NCBI GenBank assembly: GCA_963691785.1
Contig: OY829371.1
Span: 795,254 to 859,253, forward strand
DNA length: 64,000 bases
From: Lentilitoribacter sp.
GTDB taxonomy: Bacteria > Pseudomonadota > Alphaproteobacteria > Rhizobiales > Rhizobiaceae
Reading direction: 5' to 3'
Below the pieces are notes generated by a model. The model made no database searches, was not told the DNA's origin, and was given only the letters and a program-made list of their open reading frames with translations. The position numbers were made by a program, and so were the translations under genes. Below are positions 8,843 through 18,475 of this stretch, one piece after another (within the stretch, counting starts at the first letter, position 1; the number at the start of each line of letters is the position of its first letter).

Positions 8843-9942
8843 TTTAGCGCACCAATTTGTGCAAGCACTTCGTTCGTCATCGCCTTTGTGCCCATATCAC
8901 CACCAAATTCAAATGGGCGCAGGCGATTTTGTGCGAAACCATTATCGACGGCTTGATCGATGAGTTCTCCCGCTTTTGCAAATGCTTCGTTGCCGGATTT
9001 GTCCGCTAGATAATCAAGCATCAACGCGCCACTTAAAATGGCTGCAAGTGGATTGGCTTTATCTTGACCCATAATATCTGGCGCACTGCCATGCGCTGGT
9101 TGGAAAAGGCCAATCTCATCGCCAATTTCTGCACAAGATGCCATGCCCATGCCGCCAACCAAACCGCCGGCAAGGTCGGATAGAATATCGCCAAAGATGT
9201 TTTCCATCACCATGACATCAAATTCCCACGGCTTGCGAACAAGGTCCAATGCTTGGGCATCGACATAATTATAAGATGTTTCAACGTCCGGATTATCACC
9301 TTTGATCTCATCAAAAATCTGGCGGAAAAAGGCCATGGATTTGAATACATTGGCTTTATCTACACATGTAAGTCGCCCTAATTTCCCGCGCGCTTTACGA
9401 CGTCGAGCAAGATTAAAGGCAAATTTGTGCAAACGTTCTGTGGTATTTCGCGATACGAGCAGGCTGTCATAAACCTCTTCGTTTTCGACTATTTTGCTGC
9501 GATTATGCACGGCAGCTGAATAAAACAATCCTTCCGTGCTCTCGCGCAAGATGATCATGTCGACACCCGCAGCTCTTGGATCTGCAAGACGCTGCGGCGC
9601 GTTTGGATAGGCCTTAATTGGCCGAACACCAGCATATAGTCCATATCGATCACGCAATCTCAGGTGAGGGGAGATTTCCGTACCATCAGGATGTCGAATG
9701 GAGGGCAGCCCGATTGCACCCAAAAAAATCGCGTCAGATTCCCCTGCCTTTTCTTCGCCGCCTGGTTCGATATCAACGCCATGGTCTTTATAATAGCCCG
9801 CACCAGCTGCAATATCATTATAGTCCAGCGCACAATCGCCCACTTGCGCCATGGCTTGTTCAACAACTTGCAGCGTTGCCTCGGTGACATCAATTCCAAT
9901 TCCATCGCCGCGAATGACTGCAACGCTCTGTTTTAACGACAT
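8839..9942 (-). CDS. isocitrate/isopropylmalate/tartrate (beta-decarboxylating) dehydrogenase family
   Basis: GDGIGIDV, LRESTEGL, DKANVF, ENIFGDILSDL, HGSAPDI, NPLAAILS. Confidence 0.88.
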   Translation of the reverse strand: MSLKQSVAVIRGDGIGIDVTEATLQVVEQAMAQVGDCALDYNDIAAGAGYYKDHGVDIEPGGEEKAGESDAIFLGAIGLPSIRHPDGTEISPHLRLRDRYGLYAGVRPIKAYPNAPQRLADPRAAGVDMIILRESTEGLFYSAAVHNRSKIVENEEVYDSLLVSRNTTERLHKFAFNLARRRKARGKLGRLTCVDKANVFKSMAFFRQIFDEIKGDNPDVETSYNYVDAQALDLVRKPWEFDVMVMENIFGDILSDLAGGLVGGMGMASCAEIGDEIGLFQPAHGSAPDIMGQDKANPLAAILSGALMLDYLADKSGNEAFAKAGELIDQAVDNGFAQNRLRPFEFGGDMGTKAMTNEVLAQIGALK

Positions 9943-9953
9943 ACTTTTACTTT

Positions 9954-10625
9954 CTATAGCTGTTGAAGCTTATATTTTGCCAAAATGGCTAACAGCTCTG
10001 CACCGGCGCGTTCGCGATGCTCGCGGTAGACATTCCTGGCCTCCTCGATTTCACCTTTGATAATGTGTTCAACCACGGTTTTGTGTTCCGCTGTTGAACG
10101 ATAGGGTTTTTCGCGCATGCGCAAGGTGATCACGCGTGCACGATGTGCTTGGTCAAACATCAAGCTGGCAATGGATAAAAACCGCTTATTGCCATGAAGT
10201 ATGAGTAATTCTTTGTGAAATTCATCATCAGCATTTGCCCACGCTTCCAAATCATCGTCGTCAAGCGCCTGTTCCATGCGGGCAGTCGCATCGATAAGCG
10301 GTTTAAGCTCGGTTTCAGATAATTTCCGTGCAGCCAAAACTGCAACGGCTTCAGGTTCAATCGCTGTGAGAACCTCATAAATCTCTTTCATATCCTGTGG
10401 TAGGATGGGCAGAATATAAATCCCGCGTCGCGGCTTCATTTCAACCAAGCCATCGGCTTCTAAAAGCACAAGTGCCTCGCGCAAAGGCGTGCGGCTCATA
10501 CCCAATCGCTCCGCCATTTCTGGTTCCGTGCCGTGGAAACCAGGTGGCAGCCGATTTGAACGGATTTCCTGCTTTAGGCGCCGATAGGCGTCATTCACAA
10601 GACTGGATCTCGATTTCTGCATCAT
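9954..10625 (-). CDS. GntR/FCD family regulator
   Basis: GMSRTPLREAL HTH and FCD domain (DDEFH, EHKTVV); GGAG 8 nt upstream of ATG 10625. Confidence 0.9.
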   Translation of the reverse strand: MMQKSRSSLVNDAYRRLKQEIRSNRLPPGFHGTEPEMAERLGMSRTPLREALVLLEADGLVEMKPRRGIYILPILPQDMKEIYEVLTAIEPEAVAVLAARKLSETELKPLIDATARMEQALDDDDLEAWANADDEFHKELLILHGNKRFLSIASLMFDQAHRARVITLRMREKPYRSTAEHKTVVEHIIKGEIEEARNVYREHRERAGAELLAILAKYKLQQL

Positions 10626-10679
10626 GGGTTGTGCTCCTGGCAACAGAATTCGCATGATTTTTCCTTTACGTCAAATACT

Positions 10680-10695
10680 TTAATGTATACATTAA
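10680..10695. promoter_or_regulatory. putative GntR operator
   Basis: Perfect 16-bp palindrome TTAATGTATACATTAA between the divergent gntR and lactonase genes; a second half-site (TATACATT) lies about 30 bp right. Confidence 0.6.
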
Positions 10696-10762
10696 TATAA
10701 AACTTTGATTTTATACATTTAAATGCGAAAAATATGGCGTTGAGCCGGAGGTTGGAAGTTAA

Positions 10763-11557
10763 ATGTCGGATATTTGGGAAGTCTATGCGCTAAAATATGC
10801 GGACCGTAATTCAAGAACGCGAGCGGATAGTTTCATCGATGATGATCATGCTGGCGAACCCCACGGAATGGATTATTTCGTTTGGGTTTTATCCAATAAT
10901 GGCCGAAATATTGTCGTTGATACAGGTTATGACAGCGCAGAGGCAGACCGCCGTTCGCGACCAATTATTCGAGATCCGGCGAAATCAATTGAGGCCCTCA
11001 ATTTGAACGCTGAAACCGTCGATACGGTCATCATTACCCACCTTCATTATGATCATGCAGGTGGGCTTGATCGTTATCCCAATGCGATTTTTCATTTGCA
11101 GGCAGATGAAATGGCCTTTGCCACCGGCCCCTGCATGTGTGATCACACTCTTAAAGCACCATTTACAGTCAATCACGTCTGCGAAATGGTACGCCATGTC
11201 TATTCTGGACGTGTTGTCTTTCATGATGGATCGGCAGAAATTGCCCCCGGCGTACGCGTTCATAATGTTGGCGGACATTCCAATGGATTGCAGGTGGTCG
11301 AGGTGATGACCAAAACCGGGCCTTTATGTTTGGCATCCGATGCATCTCACTATTATGAGAATTTCATCGACAAAAAACCATTTCCAATTGTCTATAATAT
11401 GGATGCGATGTTTGCGGGATTTGATCGTATCGTCGAAATTGGCGGTTCCAACGACCGCGTGATCCCAGGCCATGATCCACTTGTGACACAGCTTTATCCA
11501 ACCCATGGCACATCTGGGTTTGTTTGGCGGCTGGATGCAGGAAAATTAAGAACCTAA
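10763..11557 (+). CDS. N-acyl homoserine lactonase family metallo-beta-lactamase-fold hydrolase
   Basis: THLHYDHAG (HxHxDH), GGHSNG, ASDASHYY, PGHDP. Confidence 0.85.
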   Translation: MSDIWEVYALKYADRNSRTRADSFIDDDHAGEPHGMDYFVWVLSNNGRNIVVDTGYDSAEADRRSRPIIRDPAKSIEALNLNAETVDTVIITHLHYDHAGGLDRYPNAIFHLQADEMAFATGPCMCDHTLKAPFTVNHVCEMVRHVYSGRVVFHDGSAEIAPGVRVHNVGGHSNGLQVVEVMTKTGPLCLASDASHYYENFIDKKPFPIVYNMDAMFAGFDRIVEIGGSNDRVIPGHDPLVTQLYPTHGTSGFVWRLDAGKLRT

Positions 11558-11560
11558 AAT

Positions 11561-12478
11561 CTAGCTATGCCAAACCTTTGGCAGCGTGTTTTTGTCATTT
11601 AAGACATTGATAATTGGAATGAGAGATTTGCGCAGCTCATAACTTGTTGCTGCGCTCATACGCACGACAAGCTTATGTGTTGTCCCGCCATGCAATTGCC
11701 AGATGCTTGTCCCGATATTGGCATTGGATGAGTGATTAATCTGCTCAAATTTCGCTTCTGCTTTCGGGCCAATATATAAGATAAAGGCAGTGGCAAGATC
11801 ACCCGATGTCACGGTGCTGCGCTTTAAAATCTGGTCAATATGACCATCGATCTTTTGGTTTTCAGCATGAATGAGCTGCTCATCATGATAAATGCGCCAG
11901 GTGTCTCTAAGAGACGCTGAGGTGACAATTTCATCCATAGCGGGGCGGCCAAACATTAGGGGCTCCACCATTAAGAATTCACTGCCTTGCGCCAGCTCCA
12001 CATGGATCGAGCGCTTCAAACGTGCTTGATCAAACAATATGGTTTCCTGTGGCAACCACGCAAAGGAGCCGCCTTTGCCGACTGAAATATCAACATCAAT
12101 TTTGGCAGGCATTGGACGCGAAGCTTTATAAATCCGCTCACAGGCCTGACTGGTAATGGTCAGTTCGGCGCCATCTTCCACACCAAACTTCCAGCTTAGG
12201 TGATCATCATCGGTGAGGCCACCCGACGTGTTGATCATTACCGCTTCAATTGGATCTTGTTTGTTGTGATTAGGCATGCGCAAACGCGCGCATCCTTCCT
12301 GGTAAAGACGTTCAAGCCGGTTTTGTGCACCGCTGCGTTTGACGAAAATTTCTCCATGCCCGCGTGCGCGCTGCATGTTTTTCACATTTTCATTGGTGGC
12401 AAGTAAATTGGCACTCATCGACATCTTAAACCTTTCACAATACCTATTTCGTTTATCGCGTTGTGTGATACTGCGCAA
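11561..12478 (-). CDS. ureD: urease accessory protein UreD; true start probably ~50 bp downstream of 12478
   Basis: LYQEGCARL, INTSGGL, TSQACERIYK, WLPQETILF, GRPAMDE. Confidence 0.88.
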   Translation of the reverse strand: MRSITQRDKRNRYCERFKMSMSANLLATNENVKNMQRARGHGEIFVKRSGAQNRLERLYQEGCARLRMPNHNKQDPIEAVMINTSGGLTDDDHLSWKFGVEDGAELTITSQACERIYKASRPMPAKIDVDISVGKGGSFAWLPQETILFDQARLKRSIHVELAQGSEFLMVEPLMFGRPAMDEIVTSASLRDTWRIYHDEQLIHAENQKIDGHIDQILKRSTVTSGDLATAFILYIGPKAEAKFEQINHSSNANIGTSIWQLHGGTTHKLVVRMSAATSYELRKSLIPIINVLNDKNTLPKVWHS

Positions 12479-12632
12479 TCCATTTTGGGAAATAAGCAGT
12501 TATAGCGGCGGGAATTGCGCGCCCACCGCATTGGAGCAACAAAAGCGAAGATAGCTTCGATTTTGTGTTTGCCGCGTTCAAGATCATCGGCTATGAAGAT
12601 ATTCGTTAAATGCCGATTACACGCGCATCAAT

Positions 12633-12709
<77 letters not shown>

Positions 12710-12772
12710 TTAACATACTGATATTATTGAATAATATATCTGATATTTACTTCCCATAGATCCTAAATATGC

Positions 12773-12873
12773 TAGCACAGAAATAGCACAGGTGTTTTAG
12801 GACGATATTGGGATCAATGTTTTCAATAACTTATGGACCTTGGGAATTGGCGTTTAGCACAGATTTAGCGCAG
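12773..12873 (+). repeat. tandem TAGCACAG repeats (putative integrase arm-type sites), left end
   Basis: TAGCACAG-AAA-TAGCACAG (12773-12791) and TAGCACAG-ATT-TAGCGCAG (12855-12873). Confidence 0.65.
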
Positions 12874-12905
12874 GCGTTCAGCTCTGCTTATCATGTGGGG
12901 GTGAG

Positions 12906-14234
12906 ATGATTCTGTCTGAGGAAGAGAAGAAAGAACTTCCCTACACGGTGTTTCGTCGTGGAGACAGTGGATCATATGGCTTGCGGTTTACGCTTGTTGA
13001 TAAGGATGGAAAGACAACACCTCAGTTTCGAATTGGCCTAGGAAAATGCAGTGAAGAAGAAGCCTATGCCAAAGCGGCAAAGGAATATGAACGTGCTGCT
13101 ATACGCAATGAAGAAGGACTATCTGTTGGTCCTGCTCGGTTCCATAAAGTCGCGCAGAGCTATGTGAGGCAGCTTTTATCTGAAGGTAAGAGCAGCAAAC
13201 GTAAATATGGTCATGCTCGTCATGCACAAGGTTGTGTCGAAAGATATTTCATTCCCTTTTTCAAACAATCATCTATCGGTGCAATCGGTCCTGCCAAGAT
13301 CAAAGAATATATGGAATGGCGAAAGTCCTATTGGATTACAGGGCCAGGTAAAGACATTGATGAAGAAGAACATGTCCGAGGCGAAAGCAAGGTTAGAATG
13401 CGCTTTCAAAAGATTGTTCCATCTGATGCCACATTGAAACGAGAAGCAAACTTTCTCAGAGGTGTGTTTAATCATGCCGTTGATAAAAACTATATTAAAG
13501 AAAGCGATGTTCCAAAGATCAGCTTTGGCAATGTCCAAACCAACAGACGCCCAGCTTTGACGAAAGAAGAATACAAAAGCTTGGAGCAAGTTGCCATTCA
13601 ACGATATATGGATGCCTGTAACTCAGAGATAACAGCCATCAACAAGAAAGAACGCCAGCAGCAGCTCGCCACGAAAGACAAGCTCATCTTCGAACGCAAG
13701 CAGATGGTTGAGTTCATCTATATTGCTGTCCAAACAGGAATGAGACCCGGAGAACTCTTCAATCTCAATTGGGGCCATATTGACGGATTAGATACCGCAC
13801 CCCTTGATGAGTTTGGTGACAGAAACATTCGCATCTTTGCCCATGGTAAAAACAAGAAGGGCAACCTCATTCCAGCAGCCCATACATCCAACGCGTTCCT
13901 CCAACTGAAAGAAGCTTACAAAACCCGCTTTGGCACCTATCCCAAAGATGAAGACCCCGTCTTTTGCGACGCAGTAGGCAACAGGCTAGTCTCACTCAAC
14001 AAACCACTTAATCAGCTGCTCAAAGCAGCAGGACTTCTTCATAATTCAGCAGGTGAGAAAATCTCCACCTATTGCTTCCGACACACCTATGCCACTTGGC
14101 AGCTTCAAAAGTCAGATGCAGTTGATATCTACACCCTCGCCATCAACATGCGCACATCTGTTGAGATGATTGAAAACTACTATTCAAAGCTCATTGCCAG
14201 TCTACATCAAAATCTATGCAAACAGGTAGTATAG
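12906..14234 (+). CDS. int: tyrosine recombinase / phage-type integrase
   Basis: QTGMRPGEL (catalytic Arg), HGK, YCFRHTYAT, MRTSVEMIENYY (Tyr nucleophile); N-terminal arm-binding-like domain. Confidence 0.93.
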   Translation: MILSEEEKKELPYTVFRRGDSGSYGLRFTLVDKDGKTTPQFRIGLGKCSEEEAYAKAAKEYERAAIRNEEGLSVGPARFHKVAQSYVRQLLSEGKSSKRKYGHARHAQGCVERYFIPFFKQSSIGAIGPAKIKEYMEWRKSYWITGPGKDIDEEEHVRGESKVRMRFQKIVPSDATLKREANFLRGVFNHAVDKNYIKESDVPKISFGNVQTNRRPALTKEEYKSLEQVAIQRYMDACNSEITAINKKERQQQLATKDKLIFERKQMVEFIYIAVQTGMRPGELFNLNWGHIDGLDTAPLDEFGDRNIRIFAHGKNKKGNLIPAAHTSNAFLQLKEAYKTRFGTYPKDEDPVFCDAVGNRLVSLNKPLNQLLKAAGLLHNSAGEKISTYCFRHTYATWQLQKSDAVDIYTLAINMRTSVEMIENYYSKLIASLHQNLCKQVV

Positions 14235-14527
14235 ACATACCGCTTAATATATTTCCGTCTGGCACAAGCGTATTGTTAGGTCTTGTGTCGGTATAAATGG
14301 ATTTGACGGAATTAATGGCCATTCAAAATTATGCTTGAGACGCCTTTGATTCTTAAACATACAAACTTTGTAGAAGCTTTTTTGTGTAGAAACGCCAATT
14401 ATTTTTAGTTGTAATGTTTATGGTAGTTTTAGCTACACTGAGCTTGTGAAATAGGTACCAATATCTGAAAAAGAATAATACAACTTTGATGCAGAGGCGA
14501 TAAGCAGGCAGTTTATCATGCTTAGAC

Positions 14528-16372
14528 TTATGAAATATCGTTCGGTTCGATTTGCGTATGTGAGTAGACAGTGTTCCTTGATACTCCCAATTTTCTTGCC
14601 GTTAACGCAATATTGGATTTGCATTCAGCAAAAACTCGATTGATTTCACGACACTTAGCTTCTTTCGCGCTATTCCCTTTGCAACGTGGACAAACTACAG
14701 TACGCAATTCCTGACCAGGAATATAGCGATGGACATGTTCAGCCCGTAAAATTGTAGCCGGGCAGTGTATGATTAAAGTAGTAAGTAACTTTTCCAAATC
14801 GTAGAAGTTGCTCAGCTTATGATTATCGAAGATGACATCTATTGCAGAACGGGATAATTGGTGATTTGCCGAAAGGCGAGACATTATTGAAACTGCTATT
14901 AATGCGGCATCCGTGCGCTCACTCAGTGCAGGGAGTTGAAACTCTTGCTGGCGTAACTTGGTGAAGGTCATGGAGACAAATTTAGACCAATGTTCTTGTT
15001 CTTTGGGCGGCTCATTTTCTGTGACGATGATCGACCATTTTGCCGAAGACTTGTGCTGCAACATTCGATTTACTAGCTGAGCTAATTGCTCCGAAGCATA
15101 TCCGGTCGCTTCTGACAGGTCTTCCAATACCAGAACACCACCCGATTCGATTGTAAATTTATCGCTTACGGTGTCACTGAAAAATTCGCCCGTCAATTCC
15201 TGACTGTCGGAGTTTAAGTTCGCAACCCTGCAATCCACAGCGATCAAAGGTTTTTCGGGACAAGTTGCCTGGTGCACAGCTTGTACAAATGTCGTACGTC
15301 CAGTTCCGGATGGGCCTATAACATATTGCGGCGTCATCATCTTAGCGGATCGAATTGCCAGCTTTAAACTGTTTCGAACTTGTTCGTCTCGGAACACTGG
15401 TGAGCTCGGAAGATTTGGAACTTCGTAAGTTGGCGGAAGGTTCAATGTCAAATTTTGTGAGTTTCGATTTGACGAAATCCTTGAAATGCGGAGCCGAGCA
15501 AAAAATGCAGAATTTAACCAGTCAACAAGTCGGACACTCTCTCCTCCACGCATAGCAGACAAATTCGAGTTGAAATCGGTCCTGAAGAGATCACTGAACT
15601 TGGTTAGGTTCGAAAAGTCCAATCCGTTCAAAAGTTGAGCGGCTCGACGGTTAGCGCCAAGGATCAAGCCTTGTTCATTGAAGCTAATCATACCAACGCT
15701 CTGTGTTTTCAAATACTCCTGTCGGGGATGAAATTGAATGATTATATTTGACCTATGATCCTCTACAAATAGACGGTTTTCTATGTTGGAAGCTGCCAGT
15801 TCAACCAATGCTTGGGTATGAAATTGACGCGCTGCGACCTCTGATGAAGCGTCAAGTAGGCCCACAATCTCGCCTTGACTGTTAAAGATTGGTGAGGACA
15901 CGCAAGAAACTTTACCGTGGGAAGAAAAATAGTGTTCAGGCCCCGTAACCATACTGGTGCGGCCGGTGTAAAGCGCAAGACCAAGCGCATTAGTACCACG
16001 ATGCTCTTCATCCCAGATGGTCCCGCAGCGAACCGCACGAGCACATTTAGACAAGCTAAATTCTGTATCCATAATTGCATCGAGCACAACACCGCGGTTG
16101 TCTGCAAATGCCGTCATATAGTTTGTACCGGCTATCTGGGTGCTCAATAGTTCGAGTTCTGGGCGTACCACACGTAGCAAAGCCTCATGTTTCTGACGAG
16201 TTTCGCGAAGGGCGGCCAATCCAATATCTGCATCCAGCGGTTTCCCGACTGGATCCAATCCGTGCCGTAAACATCTGTGCCAACTATCTGCAATATGCTC
16301 TGGAACAGCTCCTGGAGCAAAACGGCCTTTTGTTTCGAGCGCAGAGCGCGCTTTCATGAACATTGATTGCAC
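14528..16372 (-). CDS. GAF-domain (AcoR-like) Fis-HTH activator with a degenerate AAA+ domain
   Basis: SWHRC...GLDP, WDEEHRGTNALG GAF motifs and TARKLGVSRNTVY HTH. Walker A reads GPSGTGRT, Walker B reads LVLEDL, and there is no GAFTGA. GTG start with GGAGG RBS. Confidence 0.85.
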   Translation of the reverse strand: MQSMFMKARSALETKGRFAPGAVPEHIADSWHRCLRHGLDPVGKPLDADIGLAALRETRQKHEALLRVVRPELELLSTQIAGTNYMTAFADNRGVVLDAIMDTEFSLSKCARAVRCGTIWDEEHRGTNALGLALYTGRTSMVTGPEHYFSSHGKVSCVSSPIFNSQGEIVGLLDASSEVAARQFHTQALVELAASNIENRLFVEDHRSNIIIQFHPRQEYLKTQSVGMISFNEQGLILGANRRAAQLLNGLDFSNLTKFSDLFRTDFNSNLSAMRGGESVRLVDWLNSAFFARLRISRISSNRNSQNLTLNLPPTYEVPNLPSSPVFRDEQVRNSLKLAIRSAKMMTPQYVIGPSGTGRTTFVQAVHQATCPEKPLIAVDCRVANLNSDSQELTGEFFSDTVSDKFTIESGGVLVLEDLSEATGYASEQLAQLVNRMLQHKSSAKWSIIVTENEPPKEQEHWSKFVSMTFTKLRQQEFQLPALSERTDAALIAVSIMSRLSANHQLSRSAIDVIFDNHKLSNFYDLEKLLTTLIIHCPATILRAEHVHRYIPGQELRTVVCPRCKGNSAKEAKCREINRVFAECKSNIALTARKLGVSRNTVYSHTQIEPNDIS

Positions 16373-16438
16373 GATGTCCTCCCAACATTAGTGCGAATTT
16401 CTCATATTAAACTCGAGAAAAGGTAGGTTTACAAGTCA

Positions 16439-16490
16439 GGTGTTCATAAATTGAACACCATTTCTAGAGCCTGTTTCAGTTTTTGAACAC
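16439..16490. promoter_or_regulatory. tandem inverted repeats, putative binding sites of the GAF activator
   Basis: GGTGTTCA-N5-TGAACACC (perfect, 16439-16459) and TGTTTCA-N5-TGAACAC (16472-16490), centres 32 bp apart. Confidence 0.6.
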
Positions 16491-16609
16491 CGTTGCGATG
16501 CACTGCAATCATCAAAAATGTTTTCCTAACAGCATGAAACGCCGATCGCTCATTTCGAGCAAAGGGAAACGGCGTGCGGCCGTCTGAGGGCGAAAATAGG
16601 AGGAAATTT

Positions 16610-17365
16610 ATGTCTCAAGGGAAATTGATCGGAAAAACTGCAATTGTGTCTGGTGGCTCTCGCGGCATTGGTCGGGGAATTGCGTTGGCGCTAGCAAGCG
16701 AAGGTGCAGACATCGCGTTTTGTCATTTTCGTGACAGCGAGAATGCAGCTAATACAAAATCAGAAATTGAAGCATTGGGTCAGCAATGTATTGAGGCGGA
16801 ATGCGATGTCTCAAGTGTGGCTGAGGTTCAGGATTTTTACCAATCCGCAAAAGATGTATTCGGAGCTGTTGATATCTTAGTGAACAATGCAGGGCACAAT
16901 ATTACAGAAAAGTTTGAAGACATCAGCGAAGATAGTTTCGACCGCATGTTGAACGTGCACGTAAAGGGCACTTTCTTCATGGCGCAGACCGCTTACCGTG
17001 ACATGAAAGAGCGGGGCGAGGGGCGTATAATCAATATCACGTCGCAATTGGCCTATAAGGGTGCACCAACATTGACGCATTACTGTGCAGCAAAGGGTGC
17101 TAACGCAACTTTGACGCGTGCTTTGGCTCTTGAATCCGCGGGAACGGGTGTTCTTGTCAACGCTGTTGCTCCGGGTGTGACCAACACAGACCTCTTGACC
17201 CCGCTATCAGACGAACTTCTCAATACTTTAAAGGACGCTATTCCCCTTGGCCGGTTTGCGGAGGTCTCGGAGATTGCTCCATCCGTCGTATTCTTGGCTT
17301 CAGCAGAAGGAAGTTTTTTCCATGGAAGTTGTATCTCACCAAATGGTGGAGAAGTAATGTTTTAA
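16610..17365 (+). CDS. SDR family oxidoreductase
   Basis: SGGSRGIG, NNAG, YCAAK, VAPG; AGGAGG RBS before ATG 16610. Confidence 0.9.
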   Translation: MSQGKLIGKTAIVSGGSRGIGRGIALALASEGADIAFCHFRDSENAANTKSEIEALGQQCIEAECDVSSVAEVQDFYQSAKDVFGAVDILVNNAGHNITEKFEDISEDSFDRMLNVHVKGTFFMAQTAYRDMKERGEGRIINITSQLAYKGAPTLTHYCAAKGANATLTRALALESAGTGVLVNAVAPGVTNTDLLTPLSDELLNTLKDAIPLGRFAEVSEIAPSVVFLASAEGSFFHGSCISPNGGEVMF

Positions 17366-17393
17366 GCCATTGTTCGTTGGTTAGGAGATTTCC

Positions 17394-18446
17394 ATGAAAG
17401 CTCAAGTACTTCATGCGTATGACGATGAGTTAACAGCAAATAACTGGCTAACTTATCAGGATGTACCTGATCCAAAGATTTCCAAAGGGACCGATGTAAT
17501 TGTTCGAATTGGTGGGGCCGGTGTCTGCCGCACAGATATTCATGTAATCGAAGGCGTTTTACGACCTCACATGGACCCGCAAGGAAATTCACTCTTACCT
17601 TTGATTCTCGGGCACGAGAATGCCGGTTGGATTGAAGAAATTGGACCGGAGGTTGAGGGCTGTAAAAAGGGCGACCCTGTTATCGTTTACCCCAAAATTT
17701 CAAATGGGATTTGCACAGCCACTCGAAAAGGCCAAGACATGCATGGCGCCGGGAGTTTTCCCGGACTTGATTGTAACGGAGGTTATGCAGAGGCTCTTGT
17801 CACTTCTGCACGAAACATCATTTCCTTGCCCAGGCTGCTGGAACCCAAGGATGTTGCTCCTTATGCTAACGCAGGTCTAACGGCTTATCGAGCAGCCAAA
17901 AAAGCTACACATGATCTCTTGCCTGGTCAGTATGCTCTGGTCATTGGAGCCGGTGGATTAGGTCATGTAGCAATCCAAGTGCTACGTGCCATGTGCGCGG
18001 CTGAGATTATTGTTGTTGATGTAAATAATTCGTCTTTGCAGCTGGCGGAAGAATGCGGCGCGGATCACCTCATCAAAGCAGACGGGGGTGAAGTCGATGC
18101 AGTTTTGTCGCTAACCGATGGAAAAGGTGCAGAAGCTGTTCTTAATTTTGTTGGCGAACGGGGTGCTACGCATAAGGGACTTGCAATGACCCGAAGCGCG
18201 GGCAGCTACTACGTGATCGGCTATGGCGAAGAATTAAGAATACCGACTGTTGATCTCGTCATGACTGAGAAGAACATCGTTGGGAATCTCGGTGGAACTT
18301 GGGCGGAGCTATCAGAGCTGATGGAGCTTGTTCATCGGGGATTGGTTCAGCTTGAGACTAAAGAATTCAGTTTGAAAGACGCAAATCTTGCACTTCGTGA
18401 ATTGCACGAAGGCAAAATTAAAGGACGGGCTGTGCTCGTTCCATAG
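17394..18446 (+). CDS. medium-chain NAD(P)-dependent alcohol dehydrogenase
   Basis: GVCRTD, GHE, GAGGLG, GRAVLVP; the structural-Zn loop retains only one Cys. Confidence 0.88.
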   Translation: MKAQVLHAYDDELTANNWLTYQDVPDPKISKGTDVIVRIGGAGVCRTDIHVIEGVLRPHMDPQGNSLLPLILGHENAGWIEEIGPEVEGCKKGDPVIVYPKISNGICTATRKGQDMHGAGSFPGLDCNGGYAEALVTSARNIISLPRLLEPKDVAPYANAGLTAYRAAKKATHDLLPGQYALVIGAGGLGHVAIQVLRAMCAAEIIVVDVNNSSLQLAEECGADHLIKADGGEVDAVLSLTDGKGAEAVLNFVGERGATHKGLAMTRSAGSYYVIGYGEELRIPTVDLVMTEKNIVGNLGGTWAELSELMELVHRGLVQLETKEFSLKDANLALRELHEGKIKGRAVLVP

Positions 18447-18475
18447 AACATTCCAATTAAACTAGGGAGAAAAAT

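Noticed and set aside
12906-14234. Integrase inactivation (YCFRH instead of HxxRH; MRTS instead of LGH)
   Set aside because: Arg, Lys, Arg and Tyr are present, and such substitutions are known in functional integrase subfamilies; not evidence of decay
14255-14280. Sigma-54 promoter-like TGGCAC downstream of the integrase; a similar one near 26410
   Set aside because: No TTGC at the required spacing
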